Origin: Patescibacteria group bacterium
Lineage (GTDB): Bacteria; Patescibacteriota; Minisyncoccia; Phycocordibacterales; Phycocordibacteraceae
Assembly: GCA_018826905.1 (NCBI GenBank)
Contig: JAHJYC010000003.1
Location: 36,963 to 100,962 of the forward strand
Length of the DNA stretch: 64,000 bases
Direction: 5' to 3'
A program made the position numbers and the translations under genes. A model generated the notes under the pieces. That model worked only from the letters and a program-made list of their open reading frames with translations, had not been told where the DNA came from and did no database searches. Positions 1-8,735 of this stretch are shown here, piece by piece (within the stretch, counting starts at the first letter, position 1; every line of letters starts with the position of its first letter).

Positions 1-156
1 ATTTATGAGGTAAGAGTCACTTCGCTAGACTTCACGCCTTCAGATGAATGTGTGGAAATAAGGTTTGTAGACGCTGCCGAAGCACGAGAATTGGATCTAT
101 TTGAGAACGTACATATATTTACTGGATTATTTGATGCCTCCAGGCACAGCACATAG
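1..156 (+). CDS. 3' end of an upstream gene cut by the window edge (last ~51 aa; resembles NUDIX-hydrolase C-termini, unconfirmed)
   Basis: Frame 1 is open from position 1 to TAG at 154-156; the next gene starts 12 nt downstream. Confidence 0.3.
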   Translation: MYEVRVTSLDFTPSDECVEIRFVDAAEARELDLFENVHIFTGLFDASRHST

Positions 157-167
157 CAGTTTCCCCT

Positions 168-515
168 ATGAAGTACTGGATTCGCCGTCTCTCTCACCCG
201 TTTCGTGGACTTCGGTACGCATTTACACACGACAGTGCTATTCGTATAGAAACACTGTTGGCTGCTGTAGGGCTTCCTACTGTTTATTTCGTATTCAACC
301 TCTCAACGAGCGAGTTACTGTTGCTCACGTTCTGTTGGTTTTTTGTTATGGTTGCTGAGCTACAAAACTCTGCAATTGAAGTAGCACTCACTAAAGTGCA
401 TCCAGAACACAGCGAAGAAATCGGACGCAGTAAAGACTTGGCAGCTGCTGCAGTAGTGTGGGCGTCACTCTTTGGAGTCATTTGTCTTGTGTATGTCGTG
501 AGCGGAAAACTGTAG
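168..515 (+). CDS. dgkA: diacylglycerol kinase / undecaprenol kinase (DgkA family)
   Basis: 115 aa, three TM helices, motif ...VAELQNSAIEVALTKVHPEHSEEIGRSKDLAAAAV... matches DgkA core (E. coli ...VEILNSAIEAVVDRIGSEYHELSGRAKDMGSAAV). Confidence 0.8.
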   Translation: MKYWIRRLSHPFRGLRYAFTHDSAIRIETLLAAVGLPTVYFVFNLSTSELLLLTFCWFFVMVAELQNSAIEVALTKVHPEHSEEIGRSKDLAAAAVVWASLFGVICLVYVVSGKL

Positions 516-607
516 TTTTACTTTCTGTACCAAAAAGGCGCATGGTATCGTGTACACAGCACACGCGCTTTGCGCAGTGAAATTGTATTCGTAACAGCAC
601 TTTTTAT

Positions 608-1519
608 ATGAACACTCTTGTTTACAAGCACACGATTGAAATTAGTTTAATAGCGTTTCTCGCTCTTGCAGCAGTACTCCTCTATGCACCAAAGGCAGAG
701 GCAGCAACCTGCGTCTTTAGCACAACAAATCTAGAGATGGGATCTGTCGGAGAAGATGTGCGCTGCTTGCAGAAGTATCTAAACGGAGCCGGGTTCACCG
801 TTTCAACAAGTGGAGTCGGGTCTCCTGGAAGTGAAACGAATCAATTTCAGAGTAAGACACTTGATGCCGTAAAGAGGTGGCAAGTAGCCAACGGCGTCAG
901 TCCTTTCACGGGAACCTGGGGACCGCTTTCTCGTGCTAAGTATCTTTCTTTAACTGCTTCAGTCCCTACGACACCTGTCCCAACAACTCCAACAGTCCCT
1001 ACGACACCTGTAGTGAACACGCAGGAGAAGAGTGCACGCACAGCCCTTCAGAACGTTCGTGACAACTATGAAGATGCTCAAGAAGATTATGAAGACGCGA
1101 AAGATGATGGAGACAGTCTTGGGAAGTCTAAGACATACCTCGCAGAGGCTCTAGAAGACCTCCTAAAGGGACTTTATGCATTTATTGACCAGGATTACGC
1201 AAAGGCAGTAAGTCATGCTAAGAACGCAGAATCTTTGGTTGATGACGCACAGGATGAGCTTGGTGGAAGCAAGGGCGATAAAGAGGATGCAAAGGAAGCA
1301 ATTGAAGACGCAGATGAAGCGTATGACGATGCAAAAGACGAGATCAACGACGCAGACGATGACGGAGACGATGTAGACAAGGCAAGAAATATTCTTGCTG
1401 ACGCTAAGGAAGCATTAAAGGATGCAGAAGATGAATATGACGACGGAGACTACAACAGTGCTCTGGAGTACGCAAAGGACGCAAGTGCACTTATAAAGAA
1501 AGCGTTAAAGGCACTCTAG
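608..1519 (+). CDS. secreted protein: signal peptide, PG_binding_1-like peptidoglycan-binding domain, Pro/Thr linker, D/E/K/A-rich helical repeat tail
   Basis: N-terminal hydrophobic signal ending AEA; CLQKYLNGAGF...DAVKRWQVANGVSPFTGTWGPLS fits the PG-binding fold; PTTPVPTTPTVPTTPVV linker; acidic repeats EDAKDDGD/EDAKEAIEDADEAYDDAKDE. Confidence 0.6.
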   Translation: MNTLVYKHTIEISLIAFLALAAVLLYAPKAEAATCVFSTTNLEMGSVGEDVRCLQKYLNGAGFTVSTSGVGSPGSETNQFQSKTLDAVKRWQVANGVSPFTGTWGPLSRAKYLSLTASVPTTPVPTTPTVPTTPVVNTQEKSARTALQNVRDNYEDAQEDYEDAKDDGDSLGKSKTYLAEALEDLLKGLYAFIDQDYAKAVSHAKNAESLVDDAQDELGGSKGDKEDAKEAIEDADEAYDDAKDEINDADDDGDDVDKARNILADAKEALKDAEDEYDDGDYNSALEYAKDASALIKKALKAL

Positions 1520-1532
1520 AAGAATAGAAAAG

Positions 1533-1564
1533 AAAAAGCCCCGCTCTATGCGGGGCTTTTTCTA
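1533..1564 (+). terminator. rho-independent terminator
   Basis: aaaagccccgctctatgcggggcttttt hairpin plus T-run immediately after the stop at 1519. Confidence 0.7.
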
Positions 1565-1578
1565 TAAGTAACGTTGAA

Positions 1579-1851
1579 TTACTTAACTGCGTCCTTAAGT
1601 GCCTTAGCTGCACGGAACTTAGGAGTGCGTGTAGCAGCGATCTTGATAGTCTCGCCAGTGCGTGGGTTGCGGCCAGTGCGAGCTGGGCGTGCCTTTGCAC
1701 TGAAGATACCAAGTCCAGCGATGGAAACTTCGTCTCCGCTGCTGATACCGGTGCTGATGCTTTCAATAACACACTCAACTGCGCGCTCTGCATCGGCCTT
1801 TGTTCCGCCGAGTACTTCCTGCACCTTTGCTGCGATGTCTGCTTTGTTCAT
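1579..1851 (-). CDS. hup: HU family DNA-binding protein
   Basis: 90 aa; [10 protein letters not shown]...[22 protein letters not shown]...-like core; classic HU/IHF signature. Confidence 0.9.
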   Translation of the reverse strand: [90 protein letters not shown]

Positions 1852-1974
1852 GGTACGTAATGAGGATTAATCCCGTGTAGGGCTTGGTAAAGCCCTAAGA
1901 CAGGGCTACGTGGAAAGTATAGGAAATGCGCCATTTTACGCAATAGGGGTTGAAAAAGCGCGGGGATAATGCAA

Positions 1975-2008
1975 AATCCGCTTCGTCTATTGAACGAAGC
2001 GGATTTTA
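1975..2008 (-). terminator. rho-independent terminator downstream of rny
   Basis: atccgcttcgtctattgaacgaagcggat hairpin flanked by A/T runs. Confidence 0.65.
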
Positions 2009-2018
2009 GTTGCCTAAT

Positions 2019-3548
2019 TTAGCGAGCAAATTCAACGACTCTGTTCTCGCGGATCACATTTACCTTGATTTCTCCTGGGTATTTTAGCTCTGCCTGTACA
2101 CGGTCTGAAATATCGCGAGCAAGTCGGTGCATGGCAAGGTCTGAGACCTTTCCAGGGTTTACGAATATGCGAATCTCGCGTCCTGCTGATATTGCGTATA
2201 CCTTTTCTACGCCAGGGAAGGCAGAAGCGATGCGCTCAAGGTCTCCAAGACGGTCTAGGTACCGCTCTACAGTGTCTCTGCGAGCGCCTGGACGTCCTGC
2301 TGATATTGCGTCTGCCACCTGCACGATTACTGATTCAGGAGTTTCGTACGGATACTCTTCATGGTGCGATTGCATTGCCTGAATCACTGGTTTTGCAACA
2401 CCAAACTTCTCAAGGATCCTGCGCCCGATCTCCACGTGTGTTCCTTCAACTTCATGATCTACCGCTTTTCCAATGTCATGAAGAAGAGCACCTGCCTTAG
2501 CAACATCTATATCTGCACCGAGCTCTGTAGCAAGCATGGTAGCGAGGTGTGCCATTTCAATTGAGTGCTGAAGTACGTTTTGTCCGTAGCTCGTACGGAA
2601 ATGGAGGCGGCCCAGGAGCGCAACCAGGCGAGGATCAAGTCCTACAACGCCAACCTCGTACGCAGCCTCCTCACCCTTTTGTCGCACCATCTCTGTTATC
2701 TCTTCGCGAGCCTTCTCAACACTTTCCTCAATCTTAGCGGGCTGAATACGGCCGTCGCTAATAAGGCGCTCAAGAGCAAGCTTTGCAGTGTGGCGGCGCA
2801 ACGGATCAAAGGAAGAAAGGGTTATTTTGTCCGGAGCGTCGTCAATAATCACATCAACACCAGTAGCGCGTTCAAATGCCTTAATATTTCTTCCTTCCTT
2901 TCCAATAACTTTCCCCTTGATCTCCTCAGACGGAATCTGAACAGAGAGTGTCATCACTTCGTTGTTCACGCTCGCACTCATGCGGTGAATAATAGAAAGA
3001 AGGATGGAGCGGGCCTTCTCCTCAAGCTGTGCTTTTCCGTGTGCCTCAAGCTTCTGAAGACGCACAAGCACACTCTCTTGCTGGCTCTCCTCAAGGTCCT
3101 TCATGAGAAGCGCGCGCGCTTCATTCTCAGAGAGGTGCGCGAGCCGTACGAGCTCTTGTCTGCGTTCGGTAAGCAACTTATCAAATTCACGCTTAAGGTT
3201 AGCCACTTCGTTCTCACGATTCTTTATGTCCTCTGCCTCAATTGAGAGGCCGCGCTCACGATCATCAAGAAATTCCTCACGCTTTGACAGGCGCTCTGCA
3301 TATTTAGCTACTTTTTCCTCACGTTCCCTAATAGGTTCAGAACGCTCGCTCTCCAGCTTTTTTGCGCGGTGCTCAGCGTCTTCAATAAGACGGCTGGCGC
3401 GCTCCTTTGCCTCAAGCATTTTCTGCTTTACCTCAAGCTCAAGCGAGCCACGCTGCCCAAGTGCAATCAAAAGGCGCAGCACATACCCAAGGGCAATGCC
3501 GGCAAGACCCGAAAGGGCCAAAAGGCTCAATACTATTTTTATGGACAT
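2019..3548 (-). CDS. rny: ribonuclease Y
   Basis: 509 aa; N-terminal TM, long coiled coil, KH domain (VIGKEGRNIKAFERATGVDVIID), HD domain (LLHDIGKAVDHE...). Confidence 0.9.
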   Translation of the reverse strand: MSIKIVLSLLALSGLAGIALGYVLRLLIALGQRGSLELEVKQKMLEAKERASRLIEDAEHRAKKLESERSEPIREREEKVAKYAERLSKREEFLDDRERGLSIEAEDIKNRENEVANLKREFDKLLTERRQELVRLAHLSENEARALLMKDLEESQQESVLVRLQKLEAHGKAQLEEKARSILLSIIHRMSASVNNEVMTLSVQIPSEEIKGKVIGKEGRNIKAFERATGVDVIIDDAPDKITLSSFDPLRRHTAKLALERLISDGRIQPAKIEESVEKAREEITEMVRQKGEEAAYEVGVVGLDPRLVALLGRLHFRTSYGQNVLQHSIEMAHLATMLATELGADIDVAKAGALLHDIGKAVDHEVEGTHVEIGRRILEKFGVAKPVIQAMQSHHEEYPYETPESVIVQVADAISAGRPGARRDTVERYLDRLGDLERIASAFPGVEKVYAISAGREIRIFVNPGKVSDLAMHRLARDISDRVQAELKYPGEIKVNVIRENRVVEFAR

Positions 3549-3688
3549 ACAGGGGGAGCTTTTACGCCCTTACGACAGGGAATAAAAGAATATAAACAAA
3601 TGTAAGTGAGGACAGATAAGCAATCAGGTCAGTTGTGCAGATCCTCAGAACATCAGCAAAATAACACGTTTTTTAGGGTTCGTAAAAT

Positions 3689-3721
3689 TAAGAAGGGCTC
3701 CCTTTAGGGGAGCCCTTCTTA
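3689..3721 (-). terminator. rho-independent terminator downstream of clpP
   Basis: aagaagggctccctttaggggagcccttctt perfect hairpin with an A-run on the plus strand (U-run on the transcript). Confidence 0.7.
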
Positions 3722-3733
3722 CCCTCGCGTCCT

Positions 3734-4342
3734 CTATTTTGTCTTGTACACCTGGTCTACAAGCCCATACTTCTTGGCCTCGTCTGCCATCATGAAGTAG
3801 TCGCGGTCCACATCCTTTTCAATTTTAGACAGCTCTTGTCCGGTGGCTTTCGCAAGAATCTTATTCAAGCGATCGCGTGTTGCAAGAATGTGCTTTGCGG
3901 TGATTTCAATGTCAGCTGCCTGTCCCTGCGCGCCTCCCCATGGCTGGTGGATCATCACCTCAGCGTTTGGAAGTGCGTAGCGCTTACCTTTAGCACCAGA
4001 CGCTAAGATAACTGCAGCAGCAGACGCTGCCATACCAACACATACCGTAGATACGTCTGGCTTCACATGATTCATGGTATCCAGAATCGCAAGACCAGCT
4101 GTAACAGAACCGCCAGGAGAGTTTACGTACAAAGAAATATCTTTCTTTGGATCCTCAGACTCAAGAAAGAGGAGCTGGGCGATAATGAGATTGGCCATAT
4201 CATCATCAATACCGCCTCCAAGAAAGACGATGCGGTCTTTTAGAAGACGTGAATAGATATCATACCCACGCTCCCCGAATTGAGATTTCTCAACAACCAT
4301 TGGGACGAGCATGGCGCGAGGATTTTTGTGTTGGTGTTCCAT
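3734..4342 (-). CDS. clpP: ATP-dependent Clp protease proteolytic subunit
   Basis: Start taken at the internal ATG ([16 protein letters not shown]...), giving a 202-aa ClpP; motifs GxSAAAL ([10 protein letters not shown]) and HQP present; the ORF upstream of this ATG has no ClpP similarity. Confidence 0.9.
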   Translation of the reverse strand: MEHQHKNPRAMLVPMVVEKSQFGERGYDIYSRLLKDRIVFLGGGIDDDMANLIIAQLLFLESEDPKKDISLYVNSPGGSVTAGLAILDTMNHVKPDVSTVCVGMAASAAAVILASGAKGKRYALPNAEVMIHQPWGGAQGQAADIEITAKHILATRDRLNKILAKATGQELSKIEKDVDRDYFMMADEAKKYGLVDQVYKTK

Positions 4343-4424
4343 AGTGAAGAGTATGGTACCAGACGAGAGGAGGGGTACGCAAAAGCGCTCCCTGTAAGGA
4401 GCGCTTTGTGCGAAAGAGGTATCG

Positions 4425-4697
4425 CTATTCTGCAAGCGAGGCCTCAAGCTCTGCAAAGGCTGCGTCAATCTCTTGGTCAAACTGCTCAGGGGATTGAGCT
4501 TCAAGATCTCCCTCAATTGCAGCTTGTTCGGTTGAGTCACTCTGAGTACTGAGTGCCTCAACAACTGAGTCCTCGTTTGCGGGGAACGTATCTCTCAAAT
4601 AAAAGATACCTATTGCAACAAGGAGCATGACGAGAACTGCAATACCGAGTGTGATCCAGGAGATCTTACGAGCTGGAGTTGATGGGGAATATGCCAT
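4425..4697 (-). CDS. small membrane-anchored protein with acidic C-terminus (hypothetical)
   Basis: Start at MAYSPSTP...; one TM helix ([20 protein letters not shown]); 90 aa. Confidence 0.4.
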   Translation of the reverse strand: MAYSPSTPARKISWITLGIAVLVMLLVAIGIFYLRDTFPANEDSVVEALSTQSDSTEQAAIEGDLEAQSPEQFDQEIDAAFAELEASLAE

Positions 4698-4707
4698 ACA
4701 AGTGAGA

Positions 4708-5520
4708 TTACTGCGCAGGTGTATCCTCGCGCTTTGGTAATGCCGAAACGGTAGCGCGGAGGGCTTCATGTGCGGACCTGAGTGCCTCCTTAGCGCGAGT
4801 AATACTTGGCTGTATTGAACCCAGTAACTCTCTTGGGTTCTCTGAGGCGAGTGCAGATGCAGTTGCGTCTGCTACAGCGGTAATTGCGTCTTCAGCTGCA
4901 GCAATCTTTGTGCGTGCTGTACCTAAGGCGCTTTCAGCAGCACTCGTGTCGGCCCCTCCTTCGCTAAGTTCTGAGATTCTTGCCTCAATGCGATCTGCAA
5001 GACCTGTTAGTCGCAGGCTCATTGCGCTCAATACCTGCATCGCATGATCAAAGCGCTTGCTCACTGCTTCAGTCACGCGCTCCTTAAATAGTTCTTTTCT
5101 CTCAGCAGTACTTGAGGCAAACGCAGCGCGCTTTTCCATAACCTGCTCTTTACGTTCTTCAAGATTTACACGCATGAGTTGCTTGCGCTCCTCTACATGT
5201 ACGCGCACCGCTTCCTTTCGCTCAGCTTGGATTTCTTTTTTTTCCTCAATAGCTGCGGCTCTCTCTTCTTGACGAGCTTCTGGTGTCAGTTGCTCTTTGC
5301 GTAGATCGCGTTCAGCAGCAAGCTCAGCTGCTGTTTTGCGAGCCTCTTGTTGGCGCTCAAGAAGTGCGTCTTTCTTTTCTAAGGCACGTTCTTTCACTTG
5401 AACTGCTCTATCAAGGAAAGTAGGTTCAGGTTTTGGTTCAGTGTTTGTGTCCTGTCCAAATACTGCAGGAGCAGCAAGGAGGAACGTGGCCACAAACATA
5501 ACGAATACAGATATCTTCAT
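4708..5520 (-). CDS. secreted coiled-coil protein (hypothetical)
   Basis: Signal peptide MKISVFVMFVATFLLAAPAVFGQ; E/R/K-rich heptad-like repeats (ERKEAVRVHVEERKQLMRVNLEERKEQ). Confidence 0.5.
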   Translation of the reverse strand: MKISVFVMFVATFLLAAPAVFGQDTNTEPKPEPTFLDRAVQVKERALEKKDALLERQQEARKTAAELAAERDLRKEQLTPEARQEERAAAIEEKKEIQAERKEAVRVHVEERKQLMRVNLEERKEQVMEKRAAFASSTAERKELFKERVTEAVSKRFDHAMQVLSAMSLRLTGLADRIEARISELSEGGADTSAAESALGTARTKIAAAEDAITAVADATASALASENPRELLGSIQPSITRAKEALRSAHEALRATVSALPKREDTPAQ

Positions 5521-5641
5521 GGGGAAATTGTTCTAGTACTAACAGACACTGCTGAAAGGCAATGTATGTGTAGTATACCGCTTCTGTATTACACAAAAGT
5601 ACCCTGCGTGAACAGAGTACTTTGTAGTATCACTTGTGAAG

Positions 5642-5902
5642 TTAGCGAGGCTGCGGCTCCATGTCTCCTGACTCAACGTCAGCAGACCCGTCAACATCAG
5701 GAAGCACTTCTCCGAGAGCTTCATTCTGCGGCATCTCTTCGTTAATACGCTCGCCCCAGACGTAGAACGCACCTGCAACGAGAATAACCACAATAAGAAT
5801 GATACCGAGAATAGCTCCGTATGCAGGTGCCTTCTTAGGTTCTGGTGCAGGAGCAGGCTCAGGGGTGGTCTCAACAGGGTTCATGTTCTCGTCTGGATTC
5901 AT
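5642..5902 (-). CDS. small single-TM membrane protein (hypothetical)
   Basis: 86 aa; Pro/Glu-rich N-terminus, TM ILGIILIVVILVAGAFYVW, acidic tail. Confidence 0.4.
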   Translation of the reverse strand: MNPDENMNPVETTPEPAPAPEPKKAPAYGAILGIILIVVILVAGAFYVWGERINEEMPQNEALGEVLPDVDGSADVESGDMEPQPR

Positions 5903-6015
5903 AGGTACGTGATTAGGCTATGTACTTAAGTATATAAGGAATATCTAGCAGAGGCCTTGTGGTTGGGGATAGAGAAATCCCCGGGTATATTCCCGGGGAT
6001 TTCCTTCTCGCTTCT

Positions 6016-6534
6016 TTATTTCTTCGCCGTATACAACTCACACGCACGCGTGAAAGCTGACTGTGCTGCTTCCTTATCTTGCCACTCTCCCAAAGACACT
6101 TCCTTGTTCTGTATCTTCTTGTACGTCTCAAAGAAATGCGAAATCTCTTTAAGTGTGTGCTTGTTTACATCCGAGAGATCTTTAATGTCTGCAAAGCGTG
6201 GATCGTTTGCTGGCACTGCAAGTACTTTCTCGTCTGGCTCGCCTCCGTCCACCATAGGCAGGACACCGATAGGGCGCGCATGCACGAGAATTCCTGGGAG
6301 TAGAGGCTGCGTTGTAAGAAGAACAACATCAAGCGCATCTCCGTCATCCCAGAGTGTCTGTGGCACAAAGCCATAGTCAAATGGGTACGCCTGAGCAGTG
6401 TGTAACACACGATCAAGCGCAATCATGCCGGTCTCCTTGTCTATCTCGTACTTGTTCCGCGATCCATTTGGAATCTCAATGATGACGTTCATTTCATCTT
6501 TCGTTCCCGGTGCTATGTCGTGAAGAAGATTCAT
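6016..6534 (-). CDS. ppa: inorganic pyrophosphatase (family I)
   Basis: 172 aa; ...IEIPNGSRNKYEIDKETG...DGDALDVVLL...GEPDEK... family I PPase signature. Confidence 0.9.
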   Translation of the reverse strand: MNLLHDIAPGTKDEMNVIIEIPNGSRNKYEIDKETGMIALDRVLHTAQAYPFDYGFVPQTLWDDGDALDVVLLTTQPLLPGILVHARPIGVLPMVDGGEPDEKVLAVPANDPRFADIKDLSDVNKHTLKEISHFFETYKKIQNKEVSLGEWQDKEAAQSAFTRACELYTAKK

Positions 6535-6546
6535 AGATTAAGTAGG

Positions 6547-7926
6547 TTACGCTTCGTCTCTTGCTTCCTCAGCGTCAGACACGCTTTCATTGCCATCATC
6601 TGTCTGTGTTGTCTCCTCTTCCATAGACAGGGTGTTGTTCGCAGGAGCTTCTTCTGTAACTACAGACTCAGATTCTGTTGGGTCAATACCAGCTGCAACA
6701 GCAGGGTCCATATCCTCAGCTGCTTCAGTAGCGGCAACAGATTCGTCAGACGCACCCTCAACTGCAGCGGCATTTCCTGAGTCAGCAACGCTTTCGCCAC
6801 CTACTGCTGCGATATCAATGTTCCAGCCAGTAAGCTTTGCGGCGAGTCGTACATTTTGTCCGCCTCGTCCGATAGCAAGTGACTGCTGATCTTCAGATAC
6901 GGTCACTGTTGCACGGTGTCCTTCCTCGTCTATCTCAACATCAAGCACTGTTGCAGGGGAGAGAGATTCTTTAATAAAGGCTGCCTGGTCTTCAGACCAC
7001 TCAATAATATCAATGCGCTCTCCGCCAAGGGCGGCCATAACGGTAGACACACGAACTCCACGCTGTCCGACGAGTGATCCAACCGGATCAACATGTGGAT
7101 CAAGAGAAGCAATCGCAATCTTTGTACGGCTTCCTGGTTCGCGCGCGAGACCCTTTACTTCAATTGCGCCAGAAGCTAGTTCAGGCACTTCCATCTCAAA
7201 CAGGCGAGTGAGGAAGCGAGGGTGACTGCGTGAAAGACGCAGGTACACACCGCGGAATCCCTCGTCTACTGCATAGAGGTAAGCACTGATGCGCTCTCCG
7301 GTGCGGTAGCGCTCTCCTGGGATCTGCTCCTCGTAGGGAATGATTCCTGTCGCGCGTCCAAGGTCCACAAAGATAGCGCCGCGCTCAGCGCGCTGCACAA
7401 TACCGGTAACGATTTCACCCTTCTTGTGACCGAACTCGTCCAGGATAGAAAGCTTCTCAGCTTCGCGGATCTTTTGAATAACCACCTGCTTTGCTGTCTG
7501 TGCTGCAATACGTCCAAAATCATCCTGTGGCTCAAGAGGGAAGATAAGTTCTTGTCCCACTTCAGCGTCGCGCTTAATACGCTTCGCGTCTTCAATAAGG
7601 ATGTGCTTCTCAGCATCATAACGAGGAAGTTCTCCCTCAGCGACAACCTCCTCTCGTTCGTAGTGAGGGTGTGCTTCAGGAAGCTCCTCTTCTCCCTCTT
7701 CAGGGAAACGCACCATCGTGTCGTCCACAATAGTTTTTACTTGTTCAAATGACACAGTTCCTGTGTCCATATCAAGCATGCCGCGTACTACCTGTCCGCG
7801 CTTCCCGTACTCCTTCTTGTAGGCAGTAGCCATGGCCTGCTCAATAGCATCCACCATAGTTTCCTTGGTGATGCCACGCTCTTCAAATTCTCCGAGCACT
7901 GAGTTGATTGTTTTTAGATCCAACAT
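6547..7926 (-). CDS. nusA: transcription termination/antitermination factor NusA with acidic C-terminal extension
   Basis: 459 aa; N-terminal NusA domain, S1, two KH domains (SLAIGRGGQNVRLAAKLTGWNIDI); D/E-rich tail. Confidence 0.9.
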   Translation of the reverse strand: MLDLKTINSVLGEFEERGITKETMVDAIEQAMATAYKKEYGKRGQVVRGMLDMDTGTVSFEQVKTIVDDTMVRFPEEGEEELPEAHPHYEREEVVAEGELPRYDAEKHILIEDAKRIKRDAEVGQELIFPLEPQDDFGRIAAQTAKQVVIQKIREAEKLSILDEFGHKKGEIVTGIVQRAERGAIFVDLGRATGIIPYEEQIPGERYRTGERISAYLYAVDEGFRGVYLRLSRSHPRFLTRLFEMEVPELASGAIEVKGLAREPGSRTKIAIASLDPHVDPVGSLVGQRGVRVSTVMAALGGERIDIIEWSEDQAAFIKESLSPATVLDVEIDEEGHRATVTVSEDQQSLAIGRGGQNVRLAAKLTGWNIDIAAVGGESVADSGNAAAVEGASDESVAATEAAEDMDPAVAAGIDPTESESVVTEEAPANNTLSMEEETTQTDDGNESVSDAEEARDEA

Positions 7927-8197
7927 ACTTCTCTGTATTTAGTTGTTCGCACTATAGATGATTGTAATCGCACAGGGCTTTCTTAAAAAGAAATGCCCGC
8001 GGGAGCGGACAATTCAGATAGGCAAAAGGTACCATTTTAGGAGGGAAGGGTCAATAAGGGACTTGACACATATATTAATATATGTACTACTGTGTCCAGG
8101 TCCGCGTATATGGAACCTAGTTTCCTTACAACTCACACCAGTGACTTGTAGAGCATTGTTCTTTGCAGTCACATCGCCTCAAGGAGGGGCAAAACAC

Positions 8198-8614
8198 ATG
8201 CGTACCACCGGTTTCAACACCTGGATGCAGAACAAGAAGGTCCAGACGGCCGCCGTGGCCGCCTGTAGCCTGATCCTCGGCGCCGTCGGCCATGCGATCA
8301 TCACGCCCGAGCCGGTCATCGCCGCCCCGCTGCCCGTCGAGTTCCGCGTCGGTCCCGGCGAGAGTCCGGCCAAATACGTCGGGAACATGACGGCCATCGC
8401 CCTGGGCGATGCCTGCAAGCTCCCGATCTATCTGGGTCAACAGCAGATCCGCAACCATGAGATCACGGCGCAGGAGGCCCGTGGCCACATGGCCGTTACT
8501 CGGAACTTCACCGACATCGTCCAGATCACGGTCGGCGTCCATCCGGACGCCAGGTTCCAGATCGTCGGCTCGACCATCACCTGCCCCGACGGCACCGTGG
8601 TCGGCGAAGGCTGA
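8198..8614 (+). CDS. high-GC (~65-70%, GC3 ~90%) small secreted protein, 138 aa, two Cys; no recognisable family
   Basis: ATG at 8198 preceded by aaggagggg SD; signal peptide MRTTGFNTWMQNKKVQTAAVAACSLILGAVGHA; sharp GC jump relative to flanks; own terminator. Confidence 0.6.
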   Translation: MRTTGFNTWMQNKKVQTAAVAACSLILGAVGHAIITPEPVIAAPLPVEFRVGPGESPAKYVGNMTAIALGDACKLPIYLGQQQIRNHEITAQEARGHMAVTRNFTDIVQITVGVHPDARFQIVGSTITCPDGTVVGEG

Positions 8615-8640
8615 TCTGCGACTGACTGCTACAAGAAAAA

Positions 8641-8682
8641 GCGCCCCGCAACTCCGGTTGTGTGGGCGTTTTCCTTTTTCAT
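8641..8682 (+). terminator. rho-independent terminator of the high-GC cassette
   Basis: gcgccccgcaactccggttgtgtgggcgttttcctttttc. Confidence 0.65.
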
Positions 8683-8735
8683 ACACATATATAGGTACGA
8701 GTGAATTGAGGGTGCTGCGTTATACTTTCTAAAGC

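Noticed and set aside
961-1009. Short direct repeats that might suggest a CRISPR or VNTR
   Set aside because: It is an in-frame codon repeat (gtccctacgacacctgt, two copies) encoding a Pro/Thr linker inside a CDS. No CRISPR array of repeat-spacer units occurs anywhere in the window.
1491-1870. 100-aa minus-strand and 98-aa plus-strand ORFs overlapping hupB
   Set aside because: They are alternative-frame or antisense to the clear HU gene.
3103-3585. 160-aa Ser/Arg-rich plus-strand ORF
   Set aside because: It is antisense to the well-supported rny gene and has low-complexity composition.
8126-8686. 186-aa minus-strand ORF, plus the 8179-8418 minus-strand and 8409-8732 plus-strand ORFs, overlapping the high-GC cassette
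   Set aside because: These are antisense or off-frame ORFs of the kind expected in high-GC DNA with rare stop codons. They have no SD and their composition is Arg/Gly/Ala-rich. The plus-strand SD-led 8198-8614 frame is preferred.
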